DNA of 64,000 nt from positions 1,206,973 to 1,270,972 of the forward strand of contig NC_068991.1 in NCBI RefSeq assembly GCF_001194135.2, given 5' to 3'. Positions 13,052-24,594 of the stretch are shown one piece after another. Below the pieces are notes generated by a model. That model was not told the origin of the DNA. It ran no database searches and worked only from the letters and a program-made list of their open reading frames with translations. This DNA is from Octopus bimaculoides. Its lineage: Eukaryota. The position numbers were made by a program, and so were the translations under genes. How positions within the stretch are numbered: position 1 is the first letter of the stretch; every line of letters begins with the position of its first letter.

Positions 13052-14895
13052 GGTGACAGCGTTGGTGATAGGGGGTGGTAGTGATGGTGTGTTTAATTAG
13101 AGGTGTGGAGTTGGTGTCTATGCCTGCTATAAGAAATGATTAACCGAACAATTGTTAATTATTGTCAAATATTTGGGGTCCATTAAACACTTTGTCAAAA
13201 TTCGTTCACCTTCCACATATCAAACTGATTTCGCATCGATGTCACATCACCCCCACCCCTATCATCCCCATNNNNNNNNNNNNNNNNNNNNNNNNNNNNN
13301 NNNNNNNNNNNNNNNNNNNNNNNNNNNNNNNNNNNNNNNNNNNNNNNNNNNNNNNNNNNNNNNNNNNNNNNNNNNNNNNNNNNNNNNNNNNNNNNNNNNN
13401 NNNNNNNNNNNNNNNNNNNNNNNNNNNNNNNNNNNNNNNNNNAATCATCTATTATCACCACCACCACCACTACCACCACCACCACCACTATTACTAACCC
13501 TGGCCCTCATCACCATCATCGTCATCATCGTCATCATCGTCATCATCGTCATCATTTTCGTCGTTCTTATTAACCTCGATCATAATTAAGGAAATGAGTT
13601 TATCTGACAAAACGGTTTTGTCTGTCATTGCAATGTTTCTTTATTGTTAACTTCGCCTCCGCCACTCACTCCCCCCCTCTCAAATTCCATCCCTCAATAC
13701 CTTCCTCCTCCACTCACCGAGCCGCAAGAATATAACACTACCTAAAACCCCCTAAAGAACCAATCAGCCAACCAACCTCCACCACCACCACCACCACCAC
13801 CACTGCCGCTTCCATCACCGCAACAATAATTAAATACAGGAGAGTATAACAATACATAAAAAAAGAATAGAGGTGGGGAGAGAAATAAACTAGAATAAAA
13901 GACATTCCTTTATTCTTGAATAATAGAGGAATTATCAAAGAATAATGGTTTTCGTAATCCTTGGGGAACAATTTCAAGCATTATAGAACTGTTGGCAGTT
14001 GGAACGAGTCGCTCTCTTTATGTCGCTGCTGCCCAACCATTTTCGTCACAGGGTCCGCTTCGTGTTTACCTCAAAGAAAACGCTCATCCCACCACAAACG
14101 GACAGAATTAATATATATGTATGACGCATTATTTACTGAAAAGTTCCGATTTTCTGTACTCAGAGTGGCTCGTTTCAGTTAGAATGCATCAAGGAATGCT
14201 CTACATTTATATCGAGTCCTGAAATTTATCACTTCTGGCAAATCACTGTTTACGGTAGATGAACATTCATGTTTTGGAAATTTCGAGAAATATGAAATAC
14301 ACCATTCTAACGGCAGAACTCGAAGTAGATAAAGCTATTAATATAGCGTGTAAAATATTGGGTTAGAAAAGCCCTTGGGTAGCCAAAAGACGAAGGTTTT
14401 TCATTCCTGCAGAGAAGTTTCCTTTCCGTGCTGAAGTTTTTAATTTAAACTTAAAAGCAAGTTTCGTCTGGATTTTGAAGTAACGAACACCTCACTAAAC
14501 TGAGGCCACGCACTTCTATTAGAAATCTTAGCTTGTACATTTTCCTCCGAGGGAACCCGTCTCCAGAAAATATTAAACCCTGTACCAGGATATATCCAGT
14601 ATTCAGTTGAGCACCGTTCCTGCAATTAATAAGATTCAGGTAAATCATATATATTACTACATGTCTTTTCGTGAAGTTCCCCTGTACTTTTGCGTGTGTA
14701 TGTGTATGTGTGTGTGTGTGTGTGTGTGGGTGTCTGTGTATGTGTGTGTATTTATAAATATATATTTCCTGTATGTGCTTGCGTTTGTTTATGGACGCAT
14801 ATTTACATTGAGTTACACGCTTGCGATATTTCTAGAGATATTTATAACTCTGTATCTCTCTCTCTGTCCGTCCATCTCTCTTATCTCTCTCTCTC

Positions 14896-14949
<54 letters not shown>

Positions 14950-14950
14950 C

Positions 14951-14999
<49 letters not shown>

Positions 15000-15224
15000 T
15001 GTAATCTACATGTTTGTGTGTAAAATAATGGAGAGGGAGAGAAAGAGAGGAGTGAGAGAGAGAAGTGATAGGCATTTTATCGCCAACAGACGTCATGTTT
15101 TCTTCTTTAAAGCGCCGAGTGCAAACTCGTCTCCTAAGCAACACTTGTTAAAATTAACAAAAAAAAAAAAAGAAAAAAGAAGCATTGTTTTTTACAAAAT
15201 TTTTATTTGAAAAAGGAAATATGG

Positions 15225-15890
15225 ATAAAGGCACTAACTATTCCACAGTTACAAGCTGACAGATAAGGGAATCTTTATGGGGATATATGAGCGGTTGTAA
15301 TGTTTGGTGTGGGTAGGGATATTGTCCATACGGGGATAACTGACCTTAACATTGTTTGAGTTAGAGTTTATAGCATATATGCGTAGACAGGAAAAGTTTG
15401 GCTATATTTGTTCGACAGATTAAACCTGATAACTTTTCTTTTCCTAGTTCTACTCTTATGTGTAGTAGACTGGGTCTTATCCATATAAACTGATTTCTTA
15501 CTGAAGTCGTTCTCTGCTGGTACTTCATTATTGGTGGTTGGCATAAGGAAAATATACAACTCTGAAGATATATATTATAGTCTGTCCTTTCTATTCCAGT
15601 GACAACATTCCTAATAATAGATTGCGGGTGGCTGGAATATCTCTGAGTATAAATGATGCTCTCCTATGCTTTTGTGTAGCGCTTTGTCTTGCTTGCTATA
15701 GCTAAGTTAGTAACAAGTCAAACTTCTTAAATATTCCCTATAAAATCATTTCCAATTTATCCATGTTGTGACCATTCATACGGCATGAGACTGTTACGAT
15801 GTCATCTCCATACAATCCAGCCCGATAAGAGGAGAGGATGCATCCTTCTTCAATACGGTGTTTTAAACAACATAATTACAAATCTGCAGT
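15225..15890 (-). mobile_element. Decayed Penelope-like element: RT C-terminal half, thumb and Cys linker
   Basis: Minus-strand fragments in order: AGLYGDD...MDKL..IFKKF (YRDD core), YSSHPQSIIRN (SNHP motif), RTRKRKVIRFN (RKIIWFNPP motif), NNVKVSYPRMDNI, CNC. Stops, frameshifts and deletions are present. Confidence 0.8.
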
Positions 15891-15896
15891 AAATCC

Positions 15897-15932
15897 GATC
15901 ACATGACTCTTCTGGATCACATGACTCTTCTG
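15897..15932. repeat. 18-bp exact tandem duplication
   Basis: GATCACATGACTCTTCTG twice, at the edge of the Penelope remnant. Confidence 0.9.
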
Positions 15933-16489
15933 TATGAATGGAAACTGGCCTCACAAAGTGTCCGGTGAACACAATACCTCCCACCATTCTGACTGACCAC
16001 ATGCATGTATCTGTGTGTGTGCGTGTGAAACTCCAAGGAGCAATAAAGTGAAATTCTATTCACCAATAAATTATAAATTGTGTTCTCTGTACTTTTCTCT
16101 TTTGTTTGTGCATCCTTCACTGCGTTGATCTCTTGTACGAATATGTGAATTTATATTCGTGTATATATGACTACCGCTTTGTATTTGTGTAACGCGTGTG
16201 TGAGTACAGTCGTGTATGAATGTGTGTGTGTCCGTGTGTGTGTGTGTGAGCGTGTGTGTGTGCGTGTTTGTCTCTTGCTTACTCTGATTTTTTTGCTTCC
16301 ATTTGTAAATGTTGATTCACCAGAGAACAGTTGTTTAAAAATGGCGGCAGCAAAGTCAGGACAACTAGGAGAGAAGAATATCGTGTGACAAAGAAACAAA
16401 CAAAATAAATAGTAAATAAACAACAATGAGAAGAAATAATTGAAAGAGGGAAGGAATATATAAATAAGGTTTCGGAAAGGGATTAGGGA

Positions 16490-16593
16490 GAAGAAGAAGA
16501 AGAAGAAGAAGAAGAAGAAGAAGAAGAAGAAGAAGAAGAAGAAGAAGAAGAAGAAGAAGAAGAAGAAGAAGAAGAAGAAGAAGAAGAAGAAGA
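16490..16593. repeat. (AAG)n microsatellite
   Basis: Direct reading. Confidence 0.95.
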
Positions 16594-17003
16594 AGGCAAA
16601 GGAGAAGGAAGGGGGGAGGAGGAGGAGGAGGAGAAGCAGCAGCAGCAGCCGCAGCAGTAGCTGAAAGTAGCAAAACTGGGGGAAAATGAGAAGGAAAGCC
16701 ACGAAAAAATAGTGTAAAGTGGATTTCCATTTGAATTAAGAGGATTAAGTCGAAAGGATGAAGGTTAAGATTAAACTGATAAAGATAGTTTCTTTTGTAT
16801 GTTTTTTTGTTGTATGTTTTTTTTGTTGTATGTTTTCTAATAAAAGCCTCTGACATTCATCCTGTAAACTCACCGCTCCCACCCATCTGTCTCTTCTTGT
16901 TTATTCTGTCTTAACCCCTGCAAAATCTTCCCCTGTCCCAAAGGGCTAAACTAAACAGTCCGTCAAACGTACTACTTAAGTCCTCACCATTTACGAGATG
17001 GTT

Positions 17004-17215
17004 GTCTGCTAGAAATAGTAACTGAATCTCCCTCAAACTTCACCCTGCGTATCTTAAGAACAATCAGACGCTACAGTGCAATGTAACTCAAGGTAGACAT
17101 AGCCTGAATATAAAGAAAAAAAAAACATGGGTTGATGATGGTTTCTGTAACATATCCCATCATAGCTGAGCTCGATTAAGGCTGATCGGGGACTAAACAA
17201 TAAAACCAACAACGA
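17004..17215 (+). mobile_element. Interspersed repeat family C (about 200 bp, retroposon-like, (AAC)n tail)
   Basis: CTGCTAGAAATAG..ACTGAATCTCCCTCAAA ... GGGGACTAAACAA..CAACAAC; homologous to copies at 2573, 10898, 33870 and 58640. Confidence 0.65.
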
Positions 17216-17639
17216 CTGCACATCGTTAAATCCTCCTTAATCCTTAATCCACCAACACCAGTTATGTGTCAACAACAATCAGTTGTGTGTCCAGATTTTT
17301 ATGTATGGACAGTGACCGTCACAGCATCAAACTTTATATGCATGTTTGTGTATATACCGTGCGTACTCTATGTATGTATGTATGCATGTATGTATGTATG
17401 TATGTATGTGTGCGTATATGTATGTAGAGATGAATGGATGGATTGATGTATGTATGTGCAAGTGTATATATATATATATATATATATATCTGTACACGCA
17501 GCAATATACCTTGTCTGCACATATGTATATATGGTTGTATATTTTGTGAGTGGATTCAATTCTTTAACCTACCACCACCACCACCACCACCACCACCACC
17601 ACAACCACCACAACCACCACCACCACCATCAGGCAGCAC

Positions 17640-18259
17640 TGATCCCGAAGACCTATAACCAAAGACGTCCCAACTGTGGCCATCCTGTCTTTTGGTGCAT
17701 ATGCCCTTTATTCTCAGGTATTCCAGAGACTGCTTTATTCCCCAACGGCAACTGACCCTCCGGCTGCATCTTGAGCAGTGTTGCTGCTGTGGTCCTACGC
17801 CATACACCCTCTATCGCCACTAAAACCTGCCTCAGTCAGTGGCACCAAGGCACTCTCCAACACCTTCCAAATTCTGGGGGATAACCGTGCTGTCTGTCTG
17901 TCTGTCTCTCTTTCTCTGTCATCCCCCGTTCCTCACTTTCTTGATCTCGTGCCACTTTCACTTAGGTATTCCTGATTTAATTGTCTCTCTTCCTCTCCCA
18001 CCATGGCCCACACTAATCCCTACGCCAAATCCTTTCCTTTCAAGAACATCCATTCTTTGGAATTCTCTCCCTGTTTCTGTGGGCTTTTTTCTTTCATTGT
18101 CTTGCAACGATTCAAGAGGAACGTTAACGAAGTCATACTCAGAGGTCTTGGAGCAAGGCCTATCAAGATCAGGTGAGAATTCAGCCATGACATTGGATTC
18201 GGGAAGCCAAAGAGGAGTCCCTGACAACATACTGGACCTCTCCCTTCAAAAAAAAAAAA
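17640..18259 (+). mobile_element. Decayed CR1/L2 (Jockey-group) LINE 3' fragment
   Basis: Frameshifted peptides ILRYSRDCFIPQRQLTL, RLHLEQCC and NPFLSRTSILWNSLPVSV (WNSLP at 18058), followed by a 3' UTR-like stretch and an A-run at about 18247-18259. Confidence 0.65.
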
Positions 18260-20042
18260 GGGGGGGGGACCCCCAAAACATCCCAACAACCGTCATAACC
18301 CTTGAATTTTAAGCGGACCTCCATCCCGAGATCCAGCGGCATGGTTCCGTCTTGCTGCTAAGTTTTTCTCGGAAATCCCTTTCTCATAGGGTCTAAAACG
18401 ACCCTTATGCGCAGCTCTTTCATCTGAGCCATACTGATGAACACTCAGCCCCCACCATACACAACCTACGAAACGAGCAGGTAGTGTGCACTTTGAAAGA
18501 GAAGTGGTTGTTATTTCTCGCAGGTCGATTGCTTCAGTAGAAGTTCGTTTGATGGTTTTAAAACGAACATATCTCAAGTAGATGTGAGTGAACTCGAGAC
18601 TGTCGGTGCCATGTTGGTGGTGGTAATCAGTGCTAAAAGTGGAGGTGGGGGCTGAGTCATATCGGTTGTGTGTTTATTACAAGAACTTTACTAATTTGTT
18701 TGCTAATTATCTTCTTACGTATATCTACTTAGCAATTAACTTAATTTATATACTCCACCTTTCACACCTATGTCACTCTGTCCACACATATCTATACAGA
18801 GATTTATACACACATTATACATACATTATACTTACATATATTCATGTGTATATGTATGTACTTTTGTCCGTAATTAGAAATATAATTGTGTATGTGTGTG
18901 TGTGTGGCACACACACACACACACATATATATGTATATGTATGTATGTATATGTATGTATATAATTTACATATATACAGAGTTATATATGCATAATTATG
19001 TTTACATGTTCACTGTACTTTGACTAAATTATTTTTCGTTTTAATTTTTTTCTAGGCTTGACCACTTGATGAGTGACCACTGAACACTGGACTTATTAAC
19101 TCAAGCCACCTGCTGTTTCTGCCCACACCTTGTATATTTTGGAAACGGTTGACCACATCACAATTACGTCACAGATCACTATTTGACCACACCCTCCTCC
19201 TCCTCCTCCTCCTCCTTCTCCTCCTTTTCCTCCCCCCTCTCTCTCTCTATCGGAACCAGTATCAGAGCCAGCCCCAGCTGCAGCACACCGCCACCATCAC
19301 TAGCGAGAGAGCACCAACAGCACTGGTTACATCACCAACACCAATGGCTTCATAACAAGTAAAAGCATTTGACAACTTCGCCTTCTATCTCGTCGTCATC
19401 ATCATCATCATCATCATCATCATCGTCATCATCGTCATCATCGTCATCATCGTCATCATCATCATCAGCAGCAACAACAGTAGCAACAACTACTACTACT
19501 ACTACTAGAGTAACATCAATATACAGCAAAAAGACAACATCTACAATAACAACAACATAAATACAAGCAACAAAAAGAAGCAAGTGTAAGGTTTTCAGAA
19601 GAACATCCCCCGACCCCATCCCAGCGCTAAAAACCAGTACAACAACAACAACAAGAAGAACACCAAGAACAACGACAACATCAGCAACGAGGAGGAGGAG
19701 GAGGAGGGAGACCAGAGCAAGATCTAAGCTAAATGGCCATCCAATTAAATTGCTAATAGCTTTGAAATTGTTTTTGTGAGCGAAGTACCCTGAAAGGTCA
19801 ATTGCTTGACCCCCCCCCCCCCGGTGTCTACGAAGGCGGTGACCAGTCGTTTATTACCAAAGAAACAAACATCTTCATCTGTGCTGGTGATAGGTCTGAG
19901 AAGCGTCCAGCCTGCGTGAGTATTTGATGGCTATTTAGGGATGACCATGAGCTGCTGGGGGTGGTGGTGTTGTCGGGGTGGGGAGGTGGCGGTGGGACTT
20001 GAAACGTTTAAGAGGAGACATTCACTTTTATAGGTGAGGGAC

Positions 20043-20074
<32 letters not shown>

Positions 20075-20183
20075 GGGGAGGGTTGAAGGAGAAAGTGAGA
20101 CTGTGAGAAACGAAGAGGTAAACAGAAAAGATCAAAGGAAGATCAAAAGGCGGAAGAGAAAAGGAGGGAAAGAGTGTTGTATG

Positions 20184-20214
<31 letters not shown>

Positions 20215-20334
20215 TAGAAAGGTAGATAAATAGAGGAATACATAGATAGATAGATTGAGAGACCGTTAGATAAATAAAGATAGATAAGTAGTTATGTGTA
20301 TATATATATATATATATATTTATATAAATAAGGG

Positions 20335-20457
20335 TAAGATCGATATTTAAAATATTGATCTTATCAAGTGGTCAGCATGGGAATAAAAACCATCAAAGGT
20401 AATAATTATGTAAAATTATAATACAGGGTATCTCTTAGATACCCTGTATTATAATTT
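20335..20457. repeat. Two adjacent DNA palindromes
   Basis: 14-bp arms with one G-T mismatch at 20335-20363; perfect 21-bp arms with a 3-nt loop at 20413-20457. Confidence 0.9.
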
Positions 20458-20931
20458 ATATATATATNNNNNNNNNNNNNNNNNNNNNNNNNNNNNNNNN
20501 NNNNNNNNNNNNNNNNNNNNNNNNNNNNNNNNNNNNNNNNNNNNNNNNNNNNNNNNNNNNNNNNNNNNNNNNNNNNNNNNNNNNNNNNNNNNNNNNNNNN
20601 NNNNNNNNNNNNNNNNNNNNNNNNNNNNNNNNNNNNNNNNNNNNNNNNNNNNNNNNNNNNNNNNNNNNNNNNNNNNNNNNNNNNNNNNNNNNNNNNNNNN
20701 NNNNNNNNNNNNNNNNNNNNNNNNNNNNNNNNNNNNNNNNNNNNNNNNNNNNNNNNNNNNNNNNNNNNNNNNNNNNNNNNNNNNNNNNNNNNNNNNNNNN
20801 NNNNNNNNNNNNNNNNNNNNNNNNNNNNNNNNNNNNNNNNNNNNNNNNNNNNNNNNNNNNNNNNNNNNNNNNNNNNNNNNNNNNNNNNNNNNNNNNNNNN
20901 NNNNNNNNNNNNNNNNNNNNNNNNNNNNNNN

Positions 20932-21008
<77 letters not shown>

Positions 21009-21045
21009 GAGCGAGATTGATTGATTGATTGATAAAATGGTTGGC

Positions 21046-21076
<31 letters not shown>

Positions 21077-21133
21077 CAGATAAATAAATATACAGACCGG
21101 CTGACAGGCAGACAGCTAGATAAATAGATGCAT

Positions 21134-21166
<33 letters not shown>

Positions 21167-21569
21167 TTGACAGCTGGCAAGAGGGAGAGGGAGAGGGAGA
21201 AGAATGTGAGAAATATTTAAGTTAAAGAAAGAGAAAGAAAGAAGGAAAGAAGGAAAGTAAGAAACAAAAAGGGAGTTATAAGAATTACATGAGAAGAAAA
21301 AACGTAAAAATCTGAGAAATAAGGAAATACAAACAAAACAACAACAGAACAAAGTACACAAAAAAAGAACAACGAATAAATTAAGAAAAAATTGTGAAGT
21401 TTAAAACCTTAAAAAATGTACAACGAGGTTGAGACCGGAAGTGACCGTTCAGGAAGTGGCCAAATAGTTATTGCACTTCAATATAAGGGGCTTAAAGTAG
21501 ACTTATTATCACTCTCATAACTGTGATTATTTATATTTTTATTTTTATTAGTAGCAGTCGTATTACTAC

Positions 21570-21600
<31 letters not shown>

Positions 21601-21710
21601 CTTCTTCTTCTTCTTCTTCTTCTTCTTCTTCTTCTTCTTCTTCTTCTTCTTCTTCTTCTTCTTCTTCTTCTTGTTCTTCTTGTTCTTCTTGTTCTTCTTG
21701 TTCTTCTTCT
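21570..21710. repeat. Compound (GTT)n-(CTT)n microsatellite
   Basis: Direct reading. Confidence 0.95.
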
Positions 21711-23011
21711 AATTATTATTATTATTATTATTGGCTGTTTGTGTCTTTTTTTTTTACCTCTCTTGTTTAATTGATGACATTTATTCTCGATGACGTGTGT
21801 CTGGCGTTATTAGTGACCACGGCTGCTGTACACCACTAGTCACTTACATTTGATTGCTTGACCAGTTGACCAGTCCTCGTCTTTATCTATCACATGTTGG
21901 TCTCAGAGACTGCTGACCAGCTCAGTCGAACAGTTTCACTTGGACAAAGCAGCAGCGTTAAATTGTCCGAAACGTTCAGGACCAATTCCTACTACTACTA
22001 CTACAACTACTACTGGATTACATAGAATTGTTAATTTCCAATATTTCCTGGAGCTATTTTTTTAATTAATTCTCTCAGGTATACACGTGCATCTAGATAC
22101 AGTTACACATAGACACATAAGTAAATATATATATGTATATATGCACACACACATATATACATATACTTATATAAACACACATGTACACGTAAATATATAT
22201 ATATATATATATAATTGTTTTTTTTCTTTTATTTTAGAGAGAATATAATTTTTTTATTCTTTAACCTTCCTGGAATTCTGGAATTTAACTGTTGGTTTGG
22301 TTAAAGTTCGATTAAAGAATATTTTGGAGAATTTCCTTGGAATAATATCTACAGCGACAACAACAACAACAGCAACATCAGCAGCAACAGCAACAACAAT
22401 AATAACCGTTGAAAATATTTTATGAAGATATTAATAATAACAAAAATTATAACAGGAATAATATTTGTTGGAGTATTTTGCTGAAATTTGTTTACGAATT
22501 ATTTCAAAAGAAAGAAAAAAAAAGTGATAAATTAAAAAATAACTTGACTCGAATATTGCAAATATATCGATCGCTATAGGATCGATACATCTACGATTCA
22601 AGTACATTACGTGGAATTTTATTCTTGAACTTGGCAAAAAAAAAATCGAAGGAATTCGTTTGCATAATCATCACTAGCAACTACAAACGAGGAGAAGGAG
22701 AAAAGAGAACAGAGAACACACACACACACGTCCTCAGACATTAACTTAAGACACGCTCGACATTTCTTTTTGTGCATGCATCACACACACACACACACAT
22801 ACACTCGCAGACATACATGACTCAAAGATACTTGCATGACAAATAAGAAAATAGATTTATCATACCTACATATGCATACGTTCTCGATCTCTCCTACATT
22901 TTTACTGAAAAGATATTTTAATTAAACGAAAGAAGATTTAAGAGTCTAAGAAAGACTGTGAGAAGATCATATTTCTCTTCATATTTGATATTTTACTTTG
23001 AAGAAACTTTC

Positions 23012-23012
23012 T

Positions 23013-23110
<98 letters not shown>
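23012..23110. repeat. Compound (CAA)n-(TAC)n microsatellite ending about 110 nt upstream of the GPCR ATG
   Basis: Direct reading. Confidence 0.95.
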
Positions 23111-23220
23111 AAACGCCGAGTGTTTAAGTTATTCGAGTGACTTTCCTGCAAGGATTTGAAATTTAAATTCATTTTTAAAAATATCTTCGAATCGAATAAA
23201 AGCTGCAACTATTTACCACA

Positions 23221-24435
23221 ATGGATATCCACGCAGACACCAAATGCAATATGACAGTGAAATATTCGGACTGGACTCTCGAACAATATATTCTATCGGT
23301 GATTATCTCCCTTTACGCTCTGGTTGGCACTGTGGGTAACGTCCTAATTCTAATTGTTTACTTGAAGAAACAAGATCGCAAATCGAGTAGCACGTTCATC
23401 CGAGTGTTAGCCTTGCTTGATCTGTGTGTGTGCATGTTTGTCATGCCCTACACAATCGTGTACGAGCTTCGCGGTGTTACTTCAGACGCTATATGTCACA
23501 GTTTCGAAGTTGTCCGCCATTTCTGCATCATGGCGTCGAACGCTTCACTCGTGGCCATTGCTCTGGAACGCTGTGTCGCCGTCCGCCGACCAACCAGACG
23601 TTTAAGCCTGTCACAAGTCAACAAAGGTATGATAGTCATCGTTGTTATTAGCGTCGTTCTGGCCATTCCATCAGTATTTATTTTCGCCGTTGTTCCTGGT
23701 CCCTATAAAATTAACAGCGGTAATTGTACCGAAGAGATTGTCAATTTTCTAAACCCGCCCTTCTGTCACTTCACTATGTCCTACCTTGGAGAAATCGGAA
23801 CCCGCTCTTACCAAGCTTTATTGAGTATGTCGTACGGGCTCGCCTGTTTCAGTATCGTTGTACTTTATACCCTCATCTACACGAAATTATGGAAGAAAGC
23901 TCAGCTGAGGAAGAAATTGTCCAACCCTCTCGGAATACCGACCAGTTCTAGTAGCAGCAACAGCAGTTCTGATCGCTCTACACCAAGTGTTGGTACAGAA
24001 AAGAAGAAATACTTCGACGAAATGTCAGACTCGACTGGCTGTACTTTGAACAACGCTCGAAAACTCACACCGTCCGTTGATTCTGATGTTGATTCGGGAG
24101 TTCAATCCCCGACACCACCGCTGTCCTCGAACGGTGACAGGAAAAGCACAAAAGGCAACGAGTCATGCAAAACACATGGAAAATTCTCCGACAAAAGACG
24201 TTCGATGCATCACAACAGGACAGCTAAGATGTTGTTCCTTTGTACCATCATCTACATCGTGGCTTGGGTGCCATTCTGGTTGGATATATTTGGCATCACA
24301 AACAGCCTTATATTGAGATACCTCTTTTTAGTGGGTAACGCCAGCAATCCAATTGTTTATGGAATCGTCAATGACAGAGTCCGCGAAGAAGTCTGCAAGC
24401 TCTTCCGACGAAGAAAACGAAGTGGTTATCCGTAG
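23221..24435 (+). CDS. Intronless class A (rhodopsin-like) G protein-coupled receptor, 404 aa; orphan, peptide-receptor-like
   Basis: Uninterrupted ORF with 7 hydrophobic segments. Class A motifs: TM1 GN (VGNVLI), TM2 LAxxD (LALLD), C3.25 exactly 25 residues before R3.50 in ERC, TM6 AWVP, TM7 NPIVY, helix 8 (DRVREEVCKLF). N-glycosylation sequon NMT in the N-terminus and a long Ser-rich ICL3. Confidence 0.96.
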   Translation: MDIHADTKCNMTVKYSDWTLEQYILSVIISLYALVGTVGNVLILIVYLKKQDRKSSSTFIRVLALLDLCVCMFVMPYTIVYELRGVTSDAICHSFEVVRHFCIMASNASLVAIALERCVAVRRPTRRLSLSQVNKGMIVIVVISVVLAIPSVFIFAVVPGPYKINSGNCTEEIVNFLNPPFCHFTMSYLGEIGTRSYQALLSMSYGLACFSIVVLYTLIYTKLWKKAQLRKKLSNPLGIPTSSSSSNSSSDRSTPSVGTEKKKYFDEMSDSTGCTLNNARKLTPSVDSDVDSGVQSPTPPLSSNGDRKSTKGNESCKTHGKFSDKRRSMHHNRTAKMLFLCTIIYIVAWVPFWLDIFGITNSLILRYLFLVGNASNPIVYGIVNDRVREEVCKLFRRRKRSGYP

Positions 24436-24588
24436 ATTGCTTCTATAGATTGATATTAGTATTAATATTATGATTGTAATTATTATTGTTTTTACCATTT
24501 TTCACTTTTAAGTTTAATTTCCTCCAGAAAAAAAGTTCCAAAATATTAGCCGGAACTGAGTAACGAAATGGAAAAGGAAGTCTATGAG

Positions 24589-24594
24589 AATAAA
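24589..24594 (+). terminator. Candidate polyadenylation signal for the GPCR
   Basis: AATAAA about 150 nt after the stop codon; further AATAAA copies lie downstream, so the signal actually used is unknown. Confidence 0.3.

Noticed and set aside
14440-14648. Two open minus-strand frames after a possible TTGCAG acceptor
   Set aside because: No recognisable homology and only a weak donor; cannot be supported without RNA data.
16341-16388. AAAATGGCGGCA start context (MAAAKSGQLGEKNIV)
   Set aside because: It stops after 15 codons with no donor site; at most a YY1-like motif.
18434-18483. CTGATGA...GAAAC...GTA, hammerhead-like spacing
   Set aside because: The intervening sequence cannot form helix II and helix I does not pair.
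21942-21980. GGACAA/TTGTCC stem followed by GAAACGTT, resembling the 3' half of a hammerhead
   Set aside because: There is no CUGANGA box before the stem.
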